DNA of 64,000 nt from Salisapilia sapeloensis CBS 127946. Its lineage: Eukaryota > Protista > Oomycota. The translations under genes were made by a program, and so were the position numbers. Of the stretch, positions 56,601 through 64,000 are shown one piece after another; positions within the stretch are counted from its first letter, which is position 1; every line of letters begins with the position of its first letter. Below the pieces are notes generated by a model. That model had not been told where the DNA came from. It did not search any database and worked only from the letters and a program-made list of their open reading frames with translations. The stretch covers positions 74,626-138,625 of the forward strand of contig JAADVB010000015.1 in the NCBI GenBank assembly GCA_023334545.1. Reading direction: 5' to 3'.

Positions 56601-59600
56601 TTGTACAATGACAATAGCAATGCATATAGAAACTTGATTCGGATGACAACGAAGACGACGACTGGGTAAAGCGCTGTAGCGAACTTGCCAGTATCCGAGA
56701 TGGTCAGAGTAAGCGCCATGCCAATAATCGCCATACAGCCCACCACGAGTGCGTTGTAGTAGATGATGAAGCGATAGAAATTTACCACTCGCATGCACAC
56801 GACTGTCGCAACAACGTAAGAAATGCGGACATAAATATATCCCGTTTCCTTTTCCCAATAAACTTCATACAACGCGTACAGAGGGACGAGTACGAGACAC
56901 ATTTTCAAAATGTACTTTACACGCGAACGCTCGCGCAGTGCAAAGGCAAATTGGTATTCTCTTTCCAGAGATTGATTTTGCTCCCCCATGAATTCTAGAG
57001 TGAACGGATGAATGCGAGGCGGCTCTTTGACAACCCCCGGACCGCTAAAATCATCTTCGTTATGCAAAGGATCTGGCAGTCCGAGTTGACTCGCCAAGTC
57101 TCTTTGCAATTCAGTAAACTGGCTGGAGAGTTCATCGTGTTCGGATGGACTCTTGAAGTCGCAGAACCTAGACTTCCATTCATGATCGATCATGGAGAAA
57201 TTCGGTCGACCTGACGGTGCTACGACACTTCCACGTCTTCTCTTGCTAGAATCTCTACTCTCCATGTCCGTCGCCTTCTGGTTCGTAGCAACCTTCGTCT
57301 CGCTCGCGCTATGCGAGCTGCTTGGTAGCTCCAAGTTCCTCGTGCTTGCCAAACCAGCGTCTATTTCTCGCACAATGTCGTTGCTCGATGGCAAGTACAT
57401 TTTTTGAAGATACAAGAAGACGCTGTCAGGGATAAGGGCAGACATCGATGAGACAATGATCGATAGCCAGAAACTAGGTTGCCAAAGTAAAGATTCGCAA
57501 ACGCCGTAAAGATCTTGCAATGCACTAAATGAAGGTATCACGGCATAAAGGCGAGTGTAAAACATGATAAACACGATGTAGAAGATAAGGCCCCCAATCA
57601 ACGAAAAATAGTGAAAGTATGTCCACCTGAATATAGGTTGCATGGCCATGGCAGCTTTAAGCGTGACCGTGACAAGCACCGCTCCATAAACAACAGCTCC
57701 GTCAGCAAGAAGTCCTCGCTCCGAGCCGTTCGATAGATTAATGTACCTGAATGATCCAACGAGGAACATGAATGCAACAGTGCATGAATGTAAAAAGCCT
57801 GAAACCATCCACCCGAAGAAACGCCACATCGTTAGATTTCCATGCTGTAGGTTCGTGCGATAGGAAAAGGGGAAAGCTAGAGCAGTTTCTGGTCTTACGT
57901 CTTGGTCGTAAATGCCGAGTACCAAGATAGGTAGTACTGTGTAAATAACATTCCAACCTGCCATCAAATATGACTCAAAAAGCGTTTGACCTGAGCGCAA
58001 ATTCACCGTAGTGTAAGATATGAGCACCATGATGAGCGTAAAATTCTTGTAGAAAGTGAACAGAATCACCGTAGCTAATCTGTTCGCATTCCACCTCCCA
58101 TGTATTAAGAGGAGTCGAGGAAGGTGAGCAAAATTTGCTAGGGCAAAGTCTGCAGCACGAATCGCCTGCATGCCTTCATGGCCGTATACTCCGATGCCAA
58201 CATCCGCTTCCTGTATCATCGAGACATCATTTCCACCATCACCAATAGCTAGAGTCACTGGCTTTCCAGAGGCTGATTTCACTAAAGCTACAATCTGAGC
58301 TTTTTGCATTGGACTCAGTCGACAGGCAACGATCGTAGAGCACTGCGTAGCCAAGTCCAGAAAGTGTTGCGTCGAACTGGAAATTTTGTGCACTTCTCGG
58401 CCTTCGATTCCAGATGAGAATTGAGCTGACCTTCGACTGTTCGTGTTGCTGCTACGGTGGATGAGTTTTGCACGACCTGTTGACACTGAGGTAACGGATT
58501 CAGGTTTAACAAAGACCTGGCTAGTCTTTTTAGCAGTGTCGTCACGAAGAAACGTTTCAAGCAACATCCTTTCGTTCCCAAATTCTGATGAATTTCGCGG
58601 AGTTCCGTGCGGTCGAGAGACTGGAATACGACCGAACTCTGGCAATGCTTCGTCTGAAAGTAGAAGATCGAGTGCTGAGCCGTTGATGACGAGCGAAACG
58701 TGGCTCCTCGTGTACCCAGGCTCCCACGCGCCTTCTTTCTTCATATTTTTCCGTGCAGTTGAAATTTCGTCAAGACACGCTTGTTTCGTTTTCCCTTTGA
58801 CCATGATCATCTTGCTTTTGTCCGAAACGAGTCCACACATTTGTCCGACAGATATCGCTGTTTCATCTTTGTCACCAGTCAGCATCCATACGCTCATACC
58901 TCCTTGGCACAGCTTTTCGATGCTTTCTTTCACATTGTCCTGTAGCAGGTCTTCCACCCCCGTGGCACCAAGCAGTTGGATAGACGTTTCGATCTGTTTC
59001 GCAGTGGCTACTATTTTGCCTTCCCTGTCCTCCAGTGCACGCTTACAAATGTCCATTTCCTGTTTCCAAAGATCAAAGTCGCGCATGGAAAGCTTTCGGC
59101 AGCCGAAAATGAGCGTTCGAAGTGCTCGTGTGGCGAAGTGGTGGACGTGGGGTGCGAGTTGGCTAACCTCCAGCTTACTCGCCGCATTTGCAAACATGAC
59201 ATTGTCTGCGCCTTTAACGAAGACAAGTACCCCTTCCTCTTGCTCATCCAGAGCGTTCGATTGCTTCGATTGCTGAAGCTGCACAACCACTGACATGCAC
59301 TTTCGAGCGCTGTCAAACTCGTTCACGGCTAGCAACCGATATATTTCTTTCTGTCCAAACACACGGATTGTCACTAGATCACCACACTTGCCATCGTAGA
59401 TGCAGTCAAACTCTCGCGCAGCATCCAGTAGCGCCACTTCGTCAGGCGATGTTCCACAATAGGTCGCCTTAGGGCGAGCAGTTTGGTCATCACGGTCTAT
59501 GGACTTTTCTTCTTTCACTGCAGCTAGCGGTGTGCTCTTCTCACTGTAATTCACGTCACTCCCCTTTAAACTGTGTCCTTCCTCCACTGAGCCATTTCTT

Positions 59601-61477
59601 CGGTTTTCATTAGTGCAGCTTTCTTCTGCAATGACCGTGGTCACAGAATGACACAGCAGTATGCAGCGGAAGAATGGAAGTGCCAAACGCTTCGCCGTTA
59701 TTTCTTGCGCAGATAGACCTGCTGTGGAGAGTACCAAACGCAAGAGCTCACGATAATTTCGTACATCTAACGTCAATAATTGGCTTCTTTGTCTGCCCGC
59801 TGGAAGCTTCTCCTCCGTGATGTTCATGTCAAAAGGCTCTACACTTCTGGGCACCCTTGCACTACTAGTCCGAGGGGAATTGGAAACATCACGCGACGAA
59901 TTCGAATGCGCTCCATTGCGAACGTTCATTTCCGTACCATCGAAGACGATTCCACCGATGCTACAATGACTGAACAGCATTCGGTTTTTGGTCAGCGTAC
60001 CTGTCTTATCACTGAACACGTATTTGATTAAACCCAGGTCTTCGTTGATGTTAGAAGTTCGGGCGACCGCTCTGTGTCCAGTTTTAGGGCAATGCAAATC
60101 TTTGTCGGCCTCGATGTGGCGTGCCTGGTACCACTTGATGACCTCCAAGCTAATGTATAAAGAGATGGGGATCATGTTGTTGTACAGGATAAGGAATGTG
60201 ATCCAAACTTCACCGAAGAACTTCCATGAAGGTGGCTGCACAAAAGGCATGAAGGATGCGACTTTAGCTTCCGCGTAAACATCGCGAGAGACTCCCAAGC
60301 TGTCGACAGCATGTTTTGTACAAATCGTAAAAAGTATGACGAAAAGAATGAACACGCAGCGGTTCGTGACCCGGTCCATCCTACTAAACTTGGACGGCAC
60401 AGGTTTCGCATTTTGCATCAGCTTCGTATCATTTCCAGCGGCAACGACAACTCCTACTGCCCATGCTGTATTTTTCAAGGTCATACCGCGAAGAAGGACA
60501 TTGCCAATAGTGACAGCCAAATCATTGTTTACAGTACTCAGGCCTTGAGTATGAAAGGAGGCAGTAGAGGTGTAAGGAGAGCTGCTATCACTCGATGGTG
60601 AACGCTCGGACAGCTCAGTTACTGATAGCGTACCTTCAAAGCTGTAAATTTGCTTATTTGGCTGCTCATACCTCATCTCAGCTCGCACGCGCGTGCCAAA
60701 ATCTCTGCTGCAATTAGGCCGAGTACTTCCCCACGTTACACATCTTCGTATTTTGAGACTGGATTCTCCGTCCAAGCCTGAGGTTTCTACAATAGCCTTG
60801 TCGTCTTCACTACTAGTAAAAAGGAGCACGAGGTCGGCAGGAACAGGCTCGTCGTTCCTAACTTTAACAACATGTCCCACTTCTATGCTTTCCCAAGTTC
60901 TCAATTCATACTCCTTGTCGGATGGGAGTGAAGTGTCCAAGACTTTCTGCGATGTGTTCCGAGCAGATGCATGACTTGCTAGTTTGGACTTCGGAGGAGG
61001 CGGTCCCATGGCTGAAGCTTTCAATACTAAAGTTGGCCGATTGTTCTGCTCATAGTCCATTTGATGGCGATGACGGTCTTCCAGACCTTCCTTTACCATT
61101 GTGACGAGCAAGACAACCAGTAATGGCCCAATCGTTGAGTACTCGTTCGTTGGAGATAGCGACGTTGTTAGCTGAAGCAATGAGATGACGAGAAAGTAGC
61201 AGTTTGCAACACGACGGAACTGCTCCAAGAGCGACTTGGGGACAAAGTTGAGCAATGTGTACTTGGCTGTGCGAATCGCGTTACCGTATAAGACCATGCT
61301 GGAACCGGCAGCAAGGGCATGTGTGCTTTCCACTTCATTGACAAACAACGTGCGGTGCTTTTCTGCGGCACCTAAGCGTCTTGACGAGCGTTCACTTGCG
61401 GCATCACACCTCTCACGGGCCTGCACCAAGGTAGGCTGAATTCGACTTCTAGATGACCATGGCCAGAACCATGGCAT
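53648..61477 (-). CDS. P4-ATPase (phospholipid flippase)-guanylate cyclase chimera, 2609 aa, intronless
   Basis: P4 motifs: EQFRRVANCYFL, LDGESSLK, IPISLYISLE, SDKTGTLT, KGAD, MLTGDK and GDGGNDVSMI. These are followed by TM6-cyclase-TM6-cyclase with KMETV/QFSLFGDTVNTASRM and ILFSDI/TIGDAY. Confidence 0.95.
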   Translation of the reverse strand: MPWFWPWSSRSRIQPTLVQARERCDAASERSSRRLGAAEKHRTLFVNEVESTHALAAGSSMVLYGNAIRTAKYTLLNFVPKSLLEQFRRVANCYFLVISLLQLTTSLSPTNEYSTIGPLLVVLLVTMVKEGLEDRHRHQMDYEQNNRPTLVLKASAMGPPPPKSKLASHASARNTSQKVLDTSLPSDKEYELRTWESIEVGHVVKVRNDEPVPADLVLLFTSSEDDKAIVETSGLDGESSLKIRRCVTWGSTRPNCSRDFGTRVRAEMRYEQPNKQIYSFEGTLSVTELSERSPSSDSSSPYTSTASFHTQGLSTVNNDLAVTIGNVLLRGMTLKNTAWAVGVVVAAGNDTKLMQNAKPVPSKFSRMDRVTNRCVFILFVILFTICTKHAVDSLGVSRDVYAEAKVASFMPFVQPPSWKFFGEVWITFLILYNNMIPISLYISLEVIKWYQARHIEADKDLHCPKTGHRAVARTSNINEDLGLIKYVFSDKTGTLTKNRMLFSHCSIGGIVFDGTEMNVRNGAHSNSSRDVSNSPRTSSARVPRSVEPFDMNITEEKLPAGRQRSQLLTLDVRNYRELLRLVLSTAGLSAQEITAKRLALPFFRCILLCHSVTTVIAEESCTNENRRNGSVEEGHSLKGSDVNYSEKSTPLAAVKEEKSIDRDDQTARPKATYCGTSPDEVALLDAAREFDCIYDGKCGDLVTIRVFGQKEIYRLLAVNEFDSARKCMSVVVQLQQSKQSNALDEQEEGVLVFVKGADNVMFANAASKLEVSQLAPHVHHFATRALRTLIFGCRKLSMRDFDLWKQEMDICKRALEDREGKIVATAKQIETSIQLLGATGVEDLLQDNVKESIEKLCQGGMSVWMLTGDKDETAISVGQMCGLVSDKSKMIMVKGKTKQACLDEISTARKNMKKEGAWEPGYTRSHVSLVINGSALDLLLSDEALPEFGRIPVSRPHGTPRNSSEFGNERMLLETFLRDDTAKKTSQVFVKPESVTSVSTGRAKLIHRSSNTNSRRSAQFSSGIEGREVHKISSSTQHFLDLATQCSTIVACRLSPMQKAQIVALVKSASGKPVTLAIGDGGNDVSMIQEADVGIGVYGHEGMQAIRAADFALANFAHLPRLLLIHGRWNANRLATVILFTFYKNFTLIMVLISYTTVNLRSGQTLFESYLMAGWNVIYTVLPILVLGIYDQDVRPETALAFPFSYRTNLQHGNLTMWRFFGWMVSGFLHSCTVAFMFLVGSFRYINLSNGSERGLLADGAVVYGAVLVTVTLKAAMAMQPIFRWTYFHYFSLIGGLIFYIVFIMFYTRLYAVIPSFSALQDLYGVCESLLWQPSFWLSIIVSSMSALIPDSVFLYLQKMYLPSSNDIVREIDAGLASTRNLELPSSSHSASETKVATNQKATDMESRDSSKRRRGSVVAPSGRPNFSMIDHEWKSRFCDFKSPSEHDELSSQFTELQRDLASQLGLPDPLHNEDDFSGPGVVKEPPRIHPFTLEFMGEQNQSLEREYQFAFALRERSRVKYILKMCLVLVPLYALYEVYWEKETGYIYVRISYVVATVVCMRVVNFYRFIIYYNALVVGCMAIIGMALTLTISDTGKFATALYPVVVFVVIRIKFLYALLLSLYNALFFFGATAAISTPLEIANVRIDHWLDSFFFMLYLAFTITYSATACYSLQHTMRLEFLQNRTLLFEQRRSTRIIKNMMPEHVVKRMQQGDTLISDEEKDVTILFCDIADFGSFFSRFTPTEVVSLLDRIYSLFDLMCIKHGVRKMETVSKTYMACAGLQGELSGKEAALRVVALANEMLDTIALCKASNSNGVKIRIGVHSGRVISGLVGLKKQQFSLFGDTVNTASRMQSTGVAGRCQVSKDTYLKLAKYFSFEERMVEAKGKGHLTVYLLGEPQTVIAHVACAGRLESVTKRGSLSTTDRGPCQNIAFHDVSERHSSRFDSGRKDSKVENMEKEAWSLRSVVKVLIFGRRSDLASEFSIESYGTDVEETVKEETKSILLTFKDPILEEEFVEERRAGRMDGARKTILALTCYTVLMIVRDIVMDYVKHSVVDAASAHSKSELALGRTTLLISYGIIICIYLPTWKCLKIELATKWEGKLPYMLLVLYFVGLLAGNYSSGFLWWRDYMANEDTSLAYTDMCLDAVLMIMVVSNGGSLLHRHALLSNLVLYASTAATCLVMLREYPQDYAIFNSNFKQPYPLLLLTVSVLTNVIGTSSVSFFKRRQFWLMKRTKLETETADQLIYRMLPAAVVMRLKEGETVCDQHHQVGILFSDIRGFTSMASKADTAEVVSILASLFSAFDKLTDKHGVFKMQTIGDAYVIASGLPYLDITMKSPVFPAPMIGSGSTASIPGSSVRSSRVTSSRVRPWTSSVANSLLEADLNDTRPSSPTDDVEEQLDLRATAGVIRSIARLTQRRNSELGKPENDPFSGSSSGRKVEFTRDPSFRGQSLTRRNTLQEKGKMTCRNHIRDLLGMARDMHRVVEKVRDPITGEKLQMRIGIHVGSIIGGVIGTSTLRYDMWGHDALTANELETNSLPGHTLVSSVVASIVRDMPDIKCTFHKKVDFTNVKNMDTYLVEMADTQSILESYDKSWTGNEVDSAE

Positions 61478-61823
61478 GCTTGCCGAATGGACTGAAAGAG
61501 TTTTACTTCGAACTAGGTTGAAGGAAGAATGCCTCTAAGATGTTAGTGACGCATGTGACCCTCCGTTGCTTGGATGTATTTATAGGGTCGTAGGAGTTTC
61601 ATGTTCGAGTAGGCCACAAATCGTTTCGTCGGTCTTGATTATTTTGCTCCATCCTGGCACAATGCGTATCCTCCAAGAGCTATACTGAAATTGAGTGAAT
61701 AACATCATAAGTCCATTTGACAAGCGTGCAAGCGATGTACGACCTGAATTACGTTCGTACGGCTGTGCAAGCAGCAGGTCCCATCAATTACCTTCTTGGA
61801 CTGCGGGCCTCCAAAGCATTCGA

Positions 61824-62603
61824 ATGACTGAATATCCAGTTCCTCGCAAGCCAGCTCCATGGACAACGCAATGCGAGACGTATTGGTTCTTCGTATGGCT
61901 GCCTCGTGGTGAGTTGCCAAAGGGAGCTTACGCGCCACTCGAAGGGAAGGACCCTAACTTTTCTGACCCAAAGCAAGCAGGCGAATTTCAAGGTGGCTTG
62001 GGCGCCATTCTGGTCGCGCGCTACTGGGATAGTCCTATCGGCCCGTACGATGAGCTTGCACTGATGCCTGGATGCTTCGAGGTTCCAGGGACGAACCAGT
62101 CGAACCGTCGCATCACTCGCATCTATGTGAGTCAACAACACTCTGTTTACAATGGTCGACTGAACTGGAACATTCCAAAGTACCTTGCACGCTTTTCCTT
62201 CTCGTCGCCATTGTCGAGGACAACGACACCGGAATCACTGTACATGGCCGTCTATGACCCAAATACGAAGGAAGGTGATGGCGTAGCACCGTTTTTCTCC
62301 GCGACTCTCCGACCGTATTCTCTTCCAAGCTTTCCTCTTTTCCGAGCTCTTATTCCCGTGGGCTTGAGATGCATGCAGCCTCCGCTGCCAAAAGGCGATT
62401 CGCCTGTTCTTGCGGGCACCGATGTGTGGCAAAGTTTTACGCCGGACCTGACCAAGTCGAAATGCAAAATAATGCTTGGGGAAGTGCACCGACCAACAGA
62501 GGGAAGTCCGGAGGAAGATCAGGCAAAGAAGTGGTGGTGCCCAGGTTTACAGCCATACTCGATTGGTGTGTGGCTTGAAGATGCTGAACTATGCTTTGAT
62601 TAA
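61824..62603 (+). CDS. Acetoacetate-decarboxylase-fold (ADC-like) protein resembling a fungal family, intronless
   Basis: PAPW N-terminus, RY.DSPIGPYDEL, RITRIYVS and GRLNWNIPK (ADC Schiff-base Lys position). First ATG 61824. Confidence 0.75.
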   Translation: MTEYPVPRKPAPWTTQCETYWFFVWLPRGELPKGAYAPLEGKDPNFSDPKQAGEFQGGLGAILVARYWDSPIGPYDELALMPGCFEVPGTNQSNRRITRIYVSQQHSVYNGRLNWNIPKYLARFSFSSPLSRTTTPESLYMAVYDPNTKEGDGVAPFFSATLRPYSLPSFPLFRALIPVGLRCMQPPLPKGDSPVLAGTDVWQSFTPDLTKSKCKIMLGEVHRPTEGSPEEDQAKKWWCPGLQPYSIGVWLEDAELCFD

Positions 62604-63102
62604 TCTGACATTGGCAGTGGCAGTACCTAATTGTAGTCACAAACGGTGACGTGGCTATAGAGACTACTCTGTATGACCGATTTCGAAAGGAACAGAATAT
62701 ATGTCTATCAATACAACCGTTGCCTGAGTCGTATCATGAGTTTAGTGTCATTATTAGCTTGCCGATGCTGCTAGTACAATCCATTGGGCACACAACAGGG
62801 AGATCTACTTTTAATGCAGTAGAGGCTTTATGCCCTTATATCTCAAGCTATCAGTTGGCAAGAAAGTCGCCGATTTTGAAGTCGCATTGCATGTGTTGGA
62901 AGATGAATGGAAACCAACAAAGTTGAAGCTCTTCGAATGTCGCGCAAATGTTGACACAAGGAATAGAAAAGAAATAGAAAAGAGAATAAGAAAATAGAGT
63001 CAAATGGTCGGTTAGCTGGACCGATCACTCTCCTTTTTGCTCAGGACCCAGCACTTCGGCCAACTTACCTTATGCGCATAAGTTAATTTTGGATTCTATG
63101 AG

Positions 63103-63830
63103 GGCTATGAGCTCAAGAGTCTACTAGATTTTCGAAGTTACCAGTTGTGAACGAGCATTAAATCTAAGAAACGAGAAAGAAACAAAAGAATGAAGATTGT
63201 CGTAGACGGCACGCCAAAAATTTCAAATTGAGAAAGATGGAACAACTAAGAGGCTTCGATGAGAGCAAATTTCCAGGAGAACGCTGTCGCGAACGTCGTG
63301 GAGTGGAACGGGCAGGACGGGTAAAAATGTGACCTGCTGAGCACAGCAAAGAGAAAGAAAAAGATATAAGGAAAGAAGCCGTGCTGAAGCGGCTCATTCG
63401 CCAGTCGCTTGACCTCTTCTTACGGCGCTACATGCGATATGAGGTGACCGGACGAGTGCTGTGGAAGAAGCTAGTCGATGCGTTCAACGAGACGACTAAC
63501 CCTAGCATCGTTAGCTTTCGACAGCGATAGAAGTTAAGCAAACTATGAAAAAAGAAAGTAGCGTGGGATGGAGACATGGCTCAAGGTCTGGAATTTTTTT
63601 GCAACCAACTACGTATAATGTAGTAAAAGGTTTACGACATGGGCATGACGGATGTAACGGGAAGTTACATGAATGTATCCCAAGCTGGGGTAACATTCCG
63701 GATCTTGAAGTGGGGCCTTGTATTGAAGCATGTGATGCAAATACAAAGGTACAAGGAACATGAATGGTCGTTAGACCTTTCCATACTAAGATGAAGGTTA
63801 AGGAGATTGTATTAGTATGGTGCACTCTCG
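63103..63830 (+). mobile_element. Decayed Ty1/Copia LTR-retrotransposon 5' end (PBS-like site plus gag/UBN2 relic)
   Basis: One frame reads KRLIRQSLDLFLRRYMRYEVTGRVLWKKLVDAF...KL..L...GDMAQGL...Y.....D........F..LK, with several in-frame stops. GGCTATGAGCTCA at 63103 matches the Copia half-tRNAiMet PBS GGTTATGGGCCCA at 10/13 positions. TGTTGA at 62949 may mark an LTR start. Confidence 0.5.
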
Positions 63831-64000
63831 CCAATGAAAGATCGGATGAAAAATCTAGCCGGCAGATCTTTTGCTCGTATAAAAAAAATCTTGTAGACCC
63901 CATTTTGGAAGTTCAACTCGAAGTATGTGACGAGAAATCGTCGAAAAACGGAAGCTATATGTTCTTAAAGACAAATCTCGCCACTGAAGGATCGGATGAA

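Noticed and set aside
63700-64000. 25-bp direct repeat at 150-bp spacing (63826 and 63976), suggesting a 50-aa MABP-like repeat gene with a 48-nt intron
   Set aside because: A different frame gives a better explanation as a Copia gag relic. Only two short copies are visible and the window ends, so it cannot be supported.
1-64000. Search for tRNA, rRNA, CRISPR arrays and RxLR/CRN effector motifs
   Set aside because: By eye I recognised no cloverleaf or T-loop, rRNA core, spacer-repeat array, or signal peptide plus RxLR-dEER/LFLAK motif. tRNAscan-SE and Infernal would be needed to exclude small RNAs.

Overview
Eukaryotic genomic DNA from a very compact, gene-dense genome, almost certainly an oomycete. 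Support: the alpha-tubulin has oomycete-type residues ([41 protein letters not shown]); there are an RWP-RK factor, a TKL receptor-like kinase and a P4-ATPase/guanylate-cyclase chimera; and introns are short (about 45-80 nt, GT-AG). I can support 29 protein-coding genes, mostly alternating head-to-head and tail-to-tail with gaps of tens to a few hundred bp, plus a decayed Copia-like LTR element at the right edge. No rRNA, tRNA or CRISPR was recognised. Strongest candidate for an undescribed system: an ATG1/ULK kinase (6174-8526) with an ATG8-interacting motif, whose usual C-terminal MIT/EAT region is replaced by two tandem ATG11/FIP200 'claw'-like domains. Other highlights: an intact 2609-aa flippase-guanylate cyclase; a DIX-like domain fused to an auxilin J-domain; a fungal-looking acetoacetate-decarboxylase-fold gene beside the TE relic (HGT candidate); a membrane-anchored GMC oxidoreductase with a covalent-flavin motif; a CENP-V/GFA protein lacking its catalytic zinc triad; and a 4TM-MORN-DUF900 hydrolase. 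Family calls come from motif recognition by eye, not database searches. Multi-exon coordinates are gene spans with splice sites inferred by eye.
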